Below the pieces are notes generated by a model. That model was given only the letters and a program-made list of their open reading frames with translations, was not told where the DNA came from and did no database searches. A DNA stretch of 25,276 nt, from positions 1 through 25,276 of IMG/VR virus record IMGVR_UViG_3300035039_000235, one strand, 5' to 3'. How positions within the stretch are numbered: the stretch's first letter is position 1; every line of letters begins with the position of its first letter. The translations under genes were made by a program, and so were the position numbers. The stretch is from a virus (lineage: Duplodnaviria; Caudoviricetes). Below are positions 6,455 through 15,619 of the stretch, piece after piece.

Positions 6455-7901
6455 GATTGCAAAAAATGATTTTGTGTTTGATTTCTCCCCTACACAAGAG
6501 GCGTTTGTTTTCTCTGATGCCCATGTGTGCATGCTTATAGGCCCCATGGGCGAGGGCAAAACCTATGCCGGTGTGGGCGGCCTTATTGCCCATGCCCAGA
6601 GGTGCGGCCGGGATATCCGTGCTGCCCTTATCCGCGATACCCACCAGAATATCAAGATTTCAACTGCTCCTGATATCAAGGAGATTTTAAGAAACCTTGT
6701 AACCCTCCATGATGATTATAAAAAAATGGTCATACATTCCTCTCCCAAGGTGGAGGTGGACTTATTTGGCATTGATGACCCCGCATCCTTATCAAAATTG
6801 CAGGGGCCTCAGTATGCCCTGATCTGGCTTGAGGAACCTGCTCCTATTATAGAAAAGGCCAACGCCGGTCTTCCACGGGCAGTGTTTGATATGTCCATTG
6901 CCCGGGCCGCAAGGCAGGCCGGCACAATTTTGCGCGTTCAGGTGACCCAGAACCCGGCAGATGAGGACCACTGGACAGAAGAGGTTGCCCATGGCCCTGA
7001 TGTGCTGGCAAAAGATCCTGACACGGGCGCTGAGATTATAAAAAAGCTGTTCAGGATCCCCCGGGGTGAGAACAAGAAATTAAACAAGCTGGCCCGGGCT
7101 GCAAATATTGCAGCCTTTAAGCACGATCCCGGCAAGTATGCAAGATATGTGGAAGGCCGGGCAGCTTCCGTATCAAAGGGCCAGGCTGTTGTGCGCACCT
7201 ATAATCCTGAAACCCACTTCTGTGATGACACCGAGCTTGACGTGGTCCCGGGCGGTCTTGGAGTGCGCGGCTGGGATGCTTTTCATTCCCCTGCCTGTAT
7301 TATCGGCCAATACATTCCCCCGGGCCGGCTGATTATCCATGACGTGTGCGTGGACACCAACGTGGGTGTGCGCGAGCTGACAGAGATGAAGGTAAAGCCC
7401 CTTTTAAAAACGCCCAAGTATGCAGATAAAATTCATGAATGGCGCGATATAGGCGACCCCTCGGCCAGGACTCCTGATCAGTCCACTACTGCCACCAGTG
7501 CTGCCAGGGTTATTGAGCAGCTTTTAGGCACCAGGTTTGAGCCCGGCCCCACCAGGTGGCAGCCAAGAATTGACCCGGTTACAACTGCATTTACAAGGCT
7601 TGCCACTGACGGCAGGCCATTGATTATATTGTCTAAAAGCGCCTATCTGCTCCACCGAGCCCTAAACGGAGGCTGGCATTGGAAGGTGGATAACAACGGC
7701 CATGTTATCGGAAACACCCCGGTAAAAGACCAGTTTTCACACCCCGGGGATGCTTTTTTATATATGGCCTCTACGATTTTCCCCTTTGAGCAGATCGGCG
7801 GCATTAACAGGGGCGCAAGAAAAATAAGCCAGAGGGAGCGCATGGCAAGGGCTCTTTCTTATTCAAGCAGCCGGGGCGGCCGCATGGCTGCCGGGATGTA
7901 G
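6435..7901 (+). CDS. terL: Terminase large subunit
   Basis: SPTQEAF, Walker A LIGPMGEGKT, Walker B LIWLEEP, coupling motif VTQNP, nuclease motifs GWDAF and HPGDAFLY. Start at ATG 6435 with GGGAGG RBS. Confidence 0.92.
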   Translation: MTATAPEIAKNDFVFDFSPTQEAFVFSDAHVCMLIGPMGEGKTYAGVGGLIAHAQRCGRDIRAALIRDTHQNIKISTAPDIKEILRNLVTLHDDYKKMVIHSSPKVEVDLFGIDDPASLSKLQGPQYALIWLEEPAPIIEKANAGLPRAVFDMSIARAARQAGTILRVQVTQNPADEDHWTEEVAHGPDVLAKDPDTGAEIIKKLFRIPRGENKKLNKLARAANIAAFKHDPGKYARYVEGRAASVSKGQAVVRTYNPETHFCDDTELDVVPGGLGVRGWDAFHSPACIIGQYIPPGRLIIHDVCVDTNVGVRELTEMKVKPLLKTPKYADKIHEWRDIGDPSARTPDQSTTATSAARVIEQLLGTRFEPGPTRWQPRIDPVTTAFTRLATDGRPLIILSKSAYLLHRALNGGWHWKVDNNGHVIGNTPVKDQFSHPGDAFLYMASTIFPFEQIGGINRGARKISQRERMARALSYSSSRGGRMAAGM

Positions 7902-7918
7902 GTTAAAGAGGTGAGAAT

Positions 7919-8170
7919 TTGGCGTTTTATGATCGTTACTGGGAGATGCAAAAGGGCGGGCCTTACGAAGAGGGCACAAAGATTTTCAAATGCAAGGATT
8001 GCGGGGCAGAAACGATCCACCCGCAGGGGTGGGACGGTGAGCCTGATGTGTCGGGGTGCATGGCCGGCTGTCCGGCCCGTTATTCAGACTGGAAGGCTGG
8101 CGGGGTGTCAAGGCAATACCGGGAAAACTTTGACCGGATATTTCCTTTTTCACCCGGGGCTGGGCTATAA
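7919..8170 (+). CDS. Small Cys-rich (zinc-ribbon-like) phage protein
   Basis: FKCKDCG and CMAGC; AAAGAGGTG RBS before TTG. Confidence 0.7.
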   Translation: MAFYDRYWEMQKGGPYEEGTKIFKCKDCGAETIHPQGWDGEPDVSGCMAGCPARYSDWKAGGVSRQYRENFDRIFPFSPGAGL

Positions 8171-8186
8171 GCCAACGGGGGTGGCA

Positions 8187-8564
8187 TTGGAATGGATTGC
8201 AGAGGGCATCGTTGCTTTGTGGGTTGTTGTGGTGGGCTATTTTATTAAGGCGCATGAAAACAGGATTTCTGCTGCAGAAAAAACCGAAAGGCAGCATGCG
8301 GAGAAAATAGCAAGCATCCAGGCCGAGCAGTCAGAGTGCCAGAAAAACATAGCCCAGAGGCTTACCCGGGGGGACCACAATTTTTCCAGGTTTGACCAGC
8401 AGCTCTCAAAGCTTAAAACCACGGTGGGCTCTTTTTCAACCACTGTGGGGCGCCTGGAGGCATTGCACGAGTCCATGAACCAGCAGGTTTCCAGGATGGA
8501 TGACCGGATTTACGAGCACCAAAAGGGCCGCAGGTCCTATGATAGCCAGGGAGGCAAATCTTAG
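8187..8564 (+). CDS. Single-TM plus coiled-coil protein (holin/XhlA-like architecture)
   Basis: WIAEGIVALWVVVVGYFIK hydrophobic helix, then a long heptad-rich helix. Start moved to TTG 8187 (or GTG 8181), after the upstream stop and a G-rich RBS. Confidence 0.65.
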   Translation: MEWIAEGIVALWVVVVGYFIKAHENRISAAEKTERQHAEKIASIQAEQSECQKNIAQRLTRGDHNFSRFDQQLSKLKTTVGSFSTTVGRLEALHESMNQQVSRMDDRIYEHQKGRRSYDSQGGKS

Positions 8565-8566
8565 AA

Positions 8567-10387
8567 ATGGCTGAAATCGGCATTGAAAACCAGGCGTTTG
8601 ACGAGCTGCGCGACAGTTACGCGCGCATAAGACAGGCCAGGGCCGCAGGCATGGACCCAAAAGAGTTAGACGAGCGCCAGGAGGCAGCCGGGGCTTATAG
8701 TGCGGAAAATGAAAAGCATTTTGTGGATTTCCTCCAGGATTGTGTGGACACTTCCTATGCTTCCAACCAGGAAATACGGGAGGTGCAAAACGATTGCTGG
8801 CGAACGTTTAAGGAAAAAGAGCCTGAGTCCTACCGCTTTAAAGAAGAGTGGCAGAGCCGGGTTAAAATCCCCAAGCCGTTTGCCTCTGTGATGTACGGTG
8901 CGGCTGCGGTGCAAAAGGCGTTTTCCCCGGAATATCTCACCATTGAAAATGAGTCTGACAAGCTGTCTGAGGCCTTCTGGCAAAAGACTTTAGAGCGGCA
9001 GTTAGACAAGCGGCATGCCAATTTTATTACAAAATTTACAGACGCCACTGTCATGGCCCTGGCTGTGGGCCAGTCCATGGAAGTTATCCCTAAATACTCT
9101 TCTGCATCAGGGCTGTCACTGGAGCTGGTGGAGCCCTGGAAGATTTACCGGGACCCGGACGCCCCGCCCAGAAATCCCCAGGGGGGGCTTTACTGGATCC
9201 ACCAGGAATGGCTTGACTACCATGTTTTGCAAAGGGGTGAGGCTGCGGGCAAATATGAAAACGTTGCCCGGATAAAAGACGTTGCCAGGGAAGACCCTGA
9301 AAACCCGTTTATGACCAAAGAGGCCCTGGCCCACAGGCGGGGCCAGATATGGCACAGATCAAAATTCCGGCGCATGTTTTTAACCTCTGAGTTCTGGGGC
9401 ACAATTTTATCCCCATCAGGAGAGGTGCTTTTAGACGGCACCTATTCTGTTGCAGCCGGAAGAATGATTGAAACACCCAAGCAAAAGCCGTATTCGCGTC
9501 TGCGCTGGCCCGGGATTTCTTTTTCTGCCATGCCAGATGTTTTATCCCACGGCGGCCGGGGGCTTTTAGAGGGTGTGATAAGCCTGTGGGAGTCTATGAG
9601 CAACCTTTTATGCCTGCATGAAGACGGGTTGAAATTCATTGTAAACCCGCCGACTGAGATCAATGTGCACGGGTTAATTGACCCGGAAGATATTGACGAC
9701 TGGCCGGGCAAAAAGTATCTGACCCGGGACACGGTATCAGGCCAGCAGGTGGTAAGAACTGTGGAGCGCCATGATTCCACCAATTCTATTTTAGCCAACC
9801 TGCAGTATCACGACCAGAATTTTCAGCGGGGCTCTTTTGTAACAGATGCTGTCCAGGGCCTTCCGGGCTGGCGCCAGGAGATAACAGCCAGGGAAGCCGC
9901 CCAGAACTTAGACCAGGCCATGGGAGTTTTCGGCCTGATGGGGGCCAATCTGGAAGACGGGGCTGTTAAGATTTTAGATGCCATTGTGGACGTGCTCCAA
10001 AATTTTGCCCAGCCGGCAGAACTGCTTTTACAGGTGCCCGAAGATATTGCCCTGGCGGTTAACCATATGGGCGGAAAACTGCCGTCTTTGACCGGCAGTT
10101 TTTCCATATCCGGCATGCAGGAGCTTTTAAAGGAAACAGACACCCTGCGGCATCTTACCACTGTTGTCTTTCCCATGGCATCAGATCCTACATGGGCTCC
10201 GTTTATTGACAGGTATAAAGCCTTAAAGGCCTATGAGGCCAGAACTAATTTAAAGGATGAAAAACTTATCGTAAGCCCAGAACAGGCGTCTGCCGTGCAG
10301 CAGTCACAACCCATGGGCGCGCCCATGGATCCGGCTGTGGCTGCCGTGTCAGGCGGCAGGACCCAGGGCCAGGCGCAGGGAGGATAA
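8567..10387 (+). CDS. Portal protein
   Basis: 606 aa, downstream of terL and upstream of scaffold/capsid. EPWKIYRDP, WPGKKY, VTDAVQG and EITAREA resemble P22/N4-type portals; Q-rich tail. Confidence 0.85.
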   Translation: MAEIGIENQAFDELRDSYARIRQARAAGMDPKELDERQEAAGAYSAENEKHFVDFLQDCVDTSYASNQEIREVQNDCWRTFKEKEPESYRFKEEWQSRVKIPKPFASVMYGAAAVQKAFSPEYLTIENESDKLSEAFWQKTLERQLDKRHANFITKFTDATVMALAVGQSMEVIPKYSSASGLSLELVEPWKIYRDPDAPPRNPQGGLYWIHQEWLDYHVLQRGEAAGKYENVARIKDVAREDPENPFMTKEALAHRRGQIWHRSKFRRMFLTSEFWGTILSPSGEVLLDGTYSVAAGRMIETPKQKPYSRLRWPGISFSAMPDVLSHGGRGLLEGVISLWESMSNLLCLHEDGLKFIVNPPTEINVHGLIDPEDIDDWPGKKYLTRDTVSGQQVVRTVERHDSTNSILANLQYHDQNFQRGSFVTDAVQGLPGWRQEITAREAAQNLDQAMGVFGLMGANLEDGAVKILDAIVDVLQNFAQPAELLLQVPEDIALAVNHMGGKLPSLTGSFSISGMQELLKETDTLRHLTTVVFPMASDPTWAPFIDRYKALKAYEARTNLKDEKLIVSPEQASAVQQSQPMGAPMDPAVAAVSGGRTQGQAQGG

Positions 10388-10390
10388 TTA

Positions 10391-10711
10391 ATGCAATCTT
10401 CATTGGGGGCATCCATTGACCCTGTTTCCGGCCGGCCGGCCGAGCAGGTGGAGGCAGGGCAGAAAAAAAAATATCTCCAGAGGCAGGCTGCGCGCTTAAA
10501 GCAGCAGGCGGCCATGTCTGAGACGGTGAGCTCTGATGCGGCAGAGGCCCTTCGGGCCATGATCCACAAAAAGCTTTTCCGCAGGATAGGCGAGATCTTA
10601 GCAGATGATCCTGAATGCTTTGCCTATGTGGAGATGTGCCGGGAGCTAAACGAAAGGAAAAATCTCGCAAAAATAGCTACCGATAAGCTGGTTGCGGGCG
10701 GATATCTTTGA
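10391..10711 (+). CDS. Hypothetical phage protein (106 aa, helical)
   Basis: GGAGGA RBS; fills the gap between portal and scaffold. Confidence 0.75.
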   Translation: MQSSLGASIDPVSGRPAEQVEAGQKKKYLQRQAARLKQQAAMSETVSSDAAEALRAMIHKKLFRRIGEILADDPECFAYVEMCRELNERKNLAKIATDKLVAGGYL

Positions 10712-10728
10712 TTTAATTGGGGGTTTTT

Positions 10729-11838
10729 ATGAAAGGAAGTGCAGATAATAGTCAGCAGGCGCAGCCGCAGCAGCAGGACCCGGGCATGGGTCCGTCATCT
10801 GATGCCGATATTATGACCGGATATGATCAGTTTGAGATATATCGCGGTGATTTTTTACCGGAATCAGATGACGATAACGCCCAGGGCGCGGACCACTCCG
10901 GCAGCCAGGATGCACCTGTTGACAATAGTGCTGGCATAAACTCTGACAATGCCGCCCCGGCAGATGGCGGGACCACCGGCAAGGAAGAAGACCAGCAGGG
11001 GGGCGAGGCTGCCCGGTTTAAATATAAAAGCCAGACCGAGGCTGAGCGGGCCTATGCAAATCTGATGTCCCGCACGACCCGTACCGAGCAGGAAAATGCG
11101 CGCCTTCGCAGGCAGATAGAAGAGCAGCGCAGCGCTGAGGCAAAAAAACAGCGGGATATGGAGGCTGCCCGCCAGCGCGATGAGTTTTTGCAGCAAAAAT
11201 ATGAAGAAGCTGCAGAGGCTGTTGATGAGCTTGATCCCGATGATCCTGAGTACCACAAGAAGACTGCCAGGATCTGGGCCGGGATCCACCGGGAAGTGGA
11301 CCAGTTTGAGCCGTCATTTGGCGATGGCGGCGGCGATGGGGGCACTCCGGCAGGAACCGGTGGTGAGCCTGCCAGGGCCTCTGATTTTATTTCAGATGGC
11401 CAGGAGGCAGGGGCAGCCCCCGGCGGCCAGCAGGGCGGGCCGGAAGCCGGCCAGCAGGCAGAGGCCGGGCAGCAGGCAGATGATGCAGGCGACGGGCTTA
11501 GCCTGGATGAAATCCATCAAAAGATAGATTCTGTGATTGCCGGGCAAAACCCCGGCTTTGACAGACAGGACCCGGCTTTTACCGCGTTTTGCTCCCAGGC
11601 TCCTGTTAAGGATGAAAACGGGGCGGATCTTTCCATTGATGACCAGATTGCCTGGGCAGTGGATAAGACCCGGGCGCATTACGATGCCAAGCGCCGGGAG
11701 ATTTTGCAGGCAAATGCCCAGCCCATGGACCGGGGGGGCGGCTTTGGCGGCGGGGCCGGTGGCGGCGGCAGCCAGGGCCAGGAGAATCAAACATTTGGCG
11801 ATATTGTGGAATCAGCGGTGGCAAGCCATACCCTGTGA
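10729..11838 (+). CDS. Putative capsid scaffolding protein
   Basis: Acidic low-complexity protein with KYKSQTEAERAYANL and a coiled coil, directly upstream of the capsid gene. Confidence 0.75.
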   Translation: MKGSADNSQQAQPQQQDPGMGPSSDADIMTGYDQFEIYRGDFLPESDDDNAQGADHSGSQDAPVDNSAGINSDNAAPADGGTTGKEEDQQGGEAARFKYKSQTEAERAYANLMSRTTRTEQENARLRRQIEEQRSAEAKKQRDMEAARQRDEFLQQKYEEAAEAVDELDPDDPEYHKKTARIWAGIHREVDQFEPSFGDGGGDGGTPAGTGGEPARASDFISDGQEAGAAPGGQQGGPEAGQQAEAGQQADDAGDGLSLDEIHQKIDSVIAGQNPGFDRQDPAFTAFCSQAPVKDENGADLSIDDQIAWAVDKTRAHYDAKRREILQANAQPMDRGGGFGGGAGGGGSQGQENQTFGDIVESAVASHTL

Positions 11839-11873
11839 CCGCATGCCGGAATTTTTAAAGGAGAATAGCGACA

Positions 11874-12827
11874 ATGACTACAACCTGGACTTATGACGCC
11901 TCAAGCGGCGTTTATAAAAATCATAAACTTGCCGTGGGCATAATGAAGGCTGCGGCTTTGAATTTCATTTTTGTGCCGTTTACCAAAAAGGTGGACGGTT
12001 TCGGCAAGGGCCAGGGCGAATCTGTGACCCTGCCTTACTGGAAACCTTTAGACGTGCCAAGCTCTCCGGTGCTCTCTGAGATGAACCGGATCCCCATTGA
12101 CAAACTGGAAATGGGAACCCGGCAGATCACCGTGGAGGAATGGGGCCGTGGTGTGCAGTATAACAACCTCATGAAGGAGCTGGGGGCATTAAACCCCAAA
12201 GACGGCGCCCAGGCCCAGCTGCGCGAGCAGATGGAGGCCTGCATGGACAACGGGGCTGCATCTGCTTTTAAAGAGGCCAAGGTGCGCTTTGCCCCGACTT
12301 CTCTTACCGGGGGCACCATGGACACGGACGGCAGTTTTTCCGTGGCTGCCACCCACAACCTGACTAAGTCCCATATGGGGGTTATGCGCGACTACATGGC
12401 AAATGACCTGCATGTGCCGCCTTTTTCCGGCCGGGACTATATCGGGATTTTCACCACCAAGGCCCTGCGCGGGCTAAAGGATGATAAATCCCTTGAGACC
12501 TGGTGGCAGTATCTGCGCAAGGGCGATGTGGTTTATTCCTCTGAGGTGGGCCGGGTGGAAGGCATCCGCTGTGTGGAGTGCACCAATGAAAATGCCCTTT
12601 CCAACTCTGTGGGCACCAGCTCTGTGCTGGGTGAAGGCGTGGTGTTCGGAGACCAGGCAGTGGCAAGGGTTGAAGCTCATACTCCTGAGCTCCGGGCTGA
12701 TCCCAATTACCAGGGCGATTTCGGCCGGGTTAAGGCTGTGGCCTGGTACGGGATTATCAAGTTTGCCATTTACTGGGATTCTGCCAATGACAGGGAGGCC
12801 CGGGTTATTTATGTGGGGAGCGCGTAA
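11874..12827 (+). CDS. Major capsid protein (N4-gp56-like)
   Basis: 317 aa, AAGGAG RBS. GKGQGESVT, LSEMNRIP, ITVEEWG, SEVGRVEGIRCVE and DFGRVKAVAWY fit HK97-fold N4-gp56-type capsids. Confidence 0.88.
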   Translation: MTTTWTYDASSGVYKNHKLAVGIMKAAALNFIFVPFTKKVDGFGKGQGESVTLPYWKPLDVPSSPVLSEMNRIPIDKLEMGTRQITVEEWGRGVQYNNLMKELGALNPKDGAQAQLREQMEACMDNGAASAFKEAKVRFAPTSLTGGTMDTDGSFSVAATHNLTKSHMGVMRDYMANDLHVPPFSGRDYIGIFTTKALRGLKDDKSLETWWQYLRKGDVVYSSEVGRVEGIRCVECTNENALSNSVGTSSVLGEGVVFGDQAVARVEAHTPELRADPNYQGDFGRVKAVAWYGIIKFAIYWDSANDREARVIYVGSA

Positions 12828-12831
12828 AAGC

Positions 12832-12938
12832 AGTGGTGAGTTGTCAGCAGTGAGTTGTGAGTAAAAAAAATGGTTTTAACTCATAACTCATAACTCACTA
12901 CTCACAACTGGTTTATCACAACTCACTACTCTCAACTG
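12832..12938. repeat. Palindromic heptamer-array element, copy 2 (after the capsid stop)
   Basis: agtggtg agttgtc agcagtg agttgtg agt - A8TGGTTTTA - actcata actcata actcact actcaca actg... actcact actctca actg. Confidence 0.9.
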
Positions 12939-12959
12939 ATCTATAAGGAGGAGTTTGAA

Positions 12960-13430
12960 ATGTTGAATTATCAGGTAATGGAGCTGGTTCCGCTGTATCT
13001 GGATGACGGTCCGGAAACCGAGGCTCTTGGCGTTGATTGTGACCAGGCTGTGGGTGATTTTGCCGTGTTTTCACCCGGCGGCCAGAAAATGGAAGTGCTC
13101 ATGGCAGGGGTTACCGTGACCGAGGTTTGCGCGGGCACTGATTCAACTCCGGTGTTTAAGTTTGATCTGCGGCCCACTGCCGGCAGTGACACTGACCGGG
13201 GCGACGGAGATATAGGGGAGATTACCCTTGGCACCACGGCTGCGGGCAAGGTCATGTATGATCGGTCCGGGGCAGGTGAGATTATAGAGCCCGGCGAGGA
13301 AGTGGTTTTTGAAATGACCACCAGGGCGGAGACTGCCGCTTCGGGCCATGTGCGGCCGTTTCTTCTTGTGCGCCCCATATCCGAGGAGCCCGTGAACCTG
13401 GATAACATGGTGGAAAGCGACAACAGTTAA
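12960..13430 (+). CDS. Putative head decoration/minor capsid protein
   Basis: Strong RBS AAGGAGGAG; beta-rich acidic 156 aa directly after the capsid gene. Confidence 0.6.
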   Translation: MLNYQVMELVPLYLDDGPETEALGVDCDQAVGDFAVFSPGGQKMEVLMAGVTVTEVCAGTDSTPVFKFDLRPTAGSDTDRGDGDIGEITLGTTAAGKVMYDRSGAGEIIEPGEEVVFEMTTRAETAASGHVRPFLLVRPISEEPVNLDNMVESDNS

Positions 13431-13432
13431 GC

Positions 13433-13505
13433 AGTTGTGAGTAGTGAGTTGTGAGTCGGGCGGACACACAGGTCCGCCCCTACAACTCATAACTCACCAT
13501 TCACC
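13433..13505. repeat. Palindromic heptamer-array element, copy 3, containing a GTAG-type REP (13458-13483)
   Basis: agttgtg agtagtg agttgtg agt - GGGCGGAC acacag GTCCGCCC CTAC - actcata actcacc attcacc. Confidence 0.9.
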
Positions 13506-13530
13506 TCTGCCTTAAAGGGGGGTATTTGTT

Positions 13531-13995
13531 ATGACAGCGATTGCAGCAGACAATGTGTCTGTTTCCCTGGCAGCCAGGGATTTGCAGGTAACAGCCGGGA
13601 GCAAAATTTTTTGCCTGCCCACTGTTACTTTTGGCAACGGTACTTTGACGTATCCGGCCGGCGGGGTTCCTTTGCCGGGCATAGGCCAGTTTGGATTCAA
13701 GCGCCAGGTGGACCGGTTGATTATCCAGCAGCCGTCGGCAAACGGGTTTGTCTATAAATATGATGCCGACAATCACAAGATCAAGATTTTTACCCAGGGA
13801 GTGACCACCGGAGATACGGCCGTGGGAGCGACTGAAGACGGCGCGCTGGTTTTAGACAGCCAGGGGGCTGAAACCGATGTGCGGCTGTCAAACACCGCTG
13901 CGGAAACTTCCTATGACATGGGCGCTCTGATCGAATTGCCGGCCACGGCAGCGCCGCCTGAAGTGAGCCTGCTTTGTGTGGCCATAGGGGAATGA
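13531..13995 (+). CDS. Putative virion structural protein (154 aa)
   Basis: VTFGNGTLTYPAGGVPL...GFVYKYDADNHKIKIF, beta-rich; head-module position; GGGGGG RBS. Confidence 0.65.
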   Translation: MTAIAADNVSVSLAARDLQVTAGSKIFCLPTVTFGNGTLTYPAGGVPLPGIGQFGFKRQVDRLIIQQPSANGFVYKYDADNHKIKIFTQGVTTGDTAVGATEDGALVLDSQGAETDVRLSNTAAETSYDMGALIELPATAAPPEVSLLCVAIGE

Positions 13996-14001
13996 GAAGG
14001 C

Positions 14002-14137
14002 AGTGGTGAGTTGTGAGTGGTGAGTAGTGAGTTAAAACCGATTTTGGGCGGACACACAGGTCCGCCCCTACAACTCATAACTCAATACTCACTACTGATT
14101 TTCCGACTCACAACTCACTGCTCACAACTGACAACTG
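14002..14137. repeat. Palindromic heptamer-array element, copy 4, containing a GTAG-type REP (14046-14071)
   Basis: agtggtg agttgtg agtggtg agtagtg agt - taaaaccgatttt - same 26-bp REP as copy 3 - actcata actcaat actcact actg... actcaca actcact gctcaca actgaca actg. Confidence 0.9.
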
Positions 14138-14158
14138 ATTTAAAAGGGGGGCTGGTTG

Positions 14159-14686
14159 ATGCAGGTTTTGCAGTTAAAAAAAAGGGATCAGGAAGGCAGG
14201 GAAGTGACTGTGGGGGTTAAGGTTTTGCGCTCCTGGCAGGATGGTTCCGGCCGTCAGTTGTATCTGCACGCAAACGGTGTGTACGGGTATAAGGACGGGG
14301 CGCCTGTCCGCACCAAGGCCGAGCTTGACGTGATCGGATCAGGCGTGCAGCGGGAAATGGCGCGCAGGTGGTGGGACTCCACGGGAAAGCAGATGTCTGA
14401 AAAGCATTACAAGGCTGTTGAGGACGCTGAGCGTGCCCGCATGGCAGATTTTGTTATTGATGACCGCGCCGAGCAAACCGAGCGCGACCAGGTTCTTTAC
14501 CGGTGCCGGCCCAAGGGCGGGACTAAAAAGGACTGGACTGAGCCCTTTGCCTGGATGGAAAAATTTGAGGCAAGGCCTGACTGGTGGGGCCAGGCAGAGA
14601 CAATCGTGCTGCGGGGCTTTGAGTATGAGCAGGCAGATATTGCCGCAGCCGATGTGACCGGGTCCATGGCCGCAAACGAGGTATAG
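14159..14686 (+). CDS. Hypothetical phage protein (175 aa)
   Basis: ORF with GGGGGG RBS inside the structural operon. Confidence 0.75.
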   Translation: MQVLQLKKRDQEGREVTVGVKVLRSWQDGSGRQLYLHANGVYGYKDGAPVRTKAELDVIGSGVQREMARRWWDSTGKQMSEKHYKAVEDAERARMADFVIDDRAEQTERDQVLYRCRPKGGTKKDWTEPFAWMEKFEARPDWWGQAETIVLRGFEYEQADIAAADVTGSMAANEV

Positions 14687-14691
14687 GTAAA

Positions 14692-14832
14692 ATGGCGTTT
14701 GGCGATGTGTGGATATGCCCGCGCTGCAAAGCTCTGGTGGTGGAAGATGACCAGATGTGGGAAGAACCTGACCGGTGCCCCCATTGCGGTGCGCGACTGA
14801 CCGATGATGCCACCCCGGGAGAGGACGATTAA
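14692..14832 (+). CDS. Small zinc-finger protein (46 aa), not in the ORF track
   Basis: MAFGDVWICPRCKALVVEDDQMWEEPDRCPHCGARLTDDATPGEDD* has two CPxC motifs. It starts 5 nt after the upstream stop and its TAA abuts the next ATG. Confidence 0.85.
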   Translation: MAFGDVWICPRCKALVVEDDQMWEEPDRCPHCGARLTDDATPGEDD

Positions 14833-15498
14833 ATGACCGAGATTGCCGAGTTTGTAAAGCTGGTGCACACCGATTGCCCGGGCGGTCCTGATTTTTTAAA
14901 AAAGCGGGCAGTGTGCCAGGCGGCCATGGAGTTTTTCAGGCAGACCCGTGCCTGGCGGGAATTTTTGGCCTCGGCCGGATATGTAAATGACTATACTGCA
15001 GAAATTGATGTCAATGCTGTGGCCCATCGTGTGGCGGCCAATGTTACGGTTATGGATGTGGATGACGTGTGGCTGTCTGCTGACGGCACCAGGCTGAAAA
15101 AGCGGGCTGCGCCGGCCATGGATTTTAATCGCCCGGACTGGCGTTCTGACAAATCCCGGACACCGACCGGGTATTTCATGACCGCAAACCGCCGGCTGCG
15201 GGTTTATCCGTCCATTGAGGCTGGTGCGTCCATGGTGTGGTTGGACCTGGAGCTGGTATTGCTGCCAACTTTAGACACGGAGTGGTTCCCGGATTTTGCA
15301 TTTGAAATTTATGGTGAGACTATTGCCGCAGGAGCGGCCCAGAGGCTTAAATCCCAGACGGCCATGGAGTGGAGTGACCCCAAGGCTGCTGAGTATTTTA
15401 TGAAAAAATTTCAGCTGGGTGTCCATGAGGCAAAGATTGAAAAAGCCCGCCGGGTGGTGGTTGCGTTAAACGACCGGCGGCGCCGGTGTTTCAGATGA
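14833..15498 (+). CDS. Putative head-tail adaptor/connector protein
   Basis: DCPGGPD...AAMEFFRQTRAWR...LRVYP...LLPT...YGETIAAGA...WSDP pattern resembles podophage adaptor-like proteins; position supports this. Confidence 0.6.
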   Translation: MTEIAEFVKLVHTDCPGGPDFLKKRAVCQAAMEFFRQTRAWREFLASAGYVNDYTAEIDVNAVAHRVAANVTVMDVDDVWLSADGTRLKKRAAPAMDFNRPDWRSDKSRTPTGYFMTANRRLRVYPSIEAGASMVWLDLELVLLPTLDTEWFPDFAFEIYGETIAAGAAQRLKSQTAMEWSDPKAAEYFMKKFQLGVHEAKIEKARRVVVALNDRRRRCFR

Positions 15499-15504
15499 AA
15501 AAAC

Positions 15505-15600
15505 AGTTGTGAGTTGTCAGTAGTGAGTTGTGAGTTGAAGACCGATTTATTTACTCACAACTCATAACTCACTACTCACTACTGGTTACTCACCACTACT
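15505..15600. repeat. Palindromic heptamer-array element, copy 5
   Basis: agttgtg agttgtc agtagtg agttgtg agt - tgaagaccgatttattt - actcaca actcata actcact actcact actg.. actcacc act. Confidence 0.9.
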
Positions 15601-15619
15601 TTAAAGGGAGAATTGAGCC

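Noticed and set aside
7911-8186. N-terminal 92 codons of the 217-aa ORF 7911..8564
   Set aside because: They overlap the better-supported Cys-rich gene 7919..8170; an RBS and start at 8181/8187 fit better.
12832-15600. CRISPR array interpretation of the recurring intergenic repeats
   Set aside because: The units are 7-nt tandem and inverted arrays separated by whole genes, not constant repeats with unique 30-40-nt spacers; no cas genes seen.
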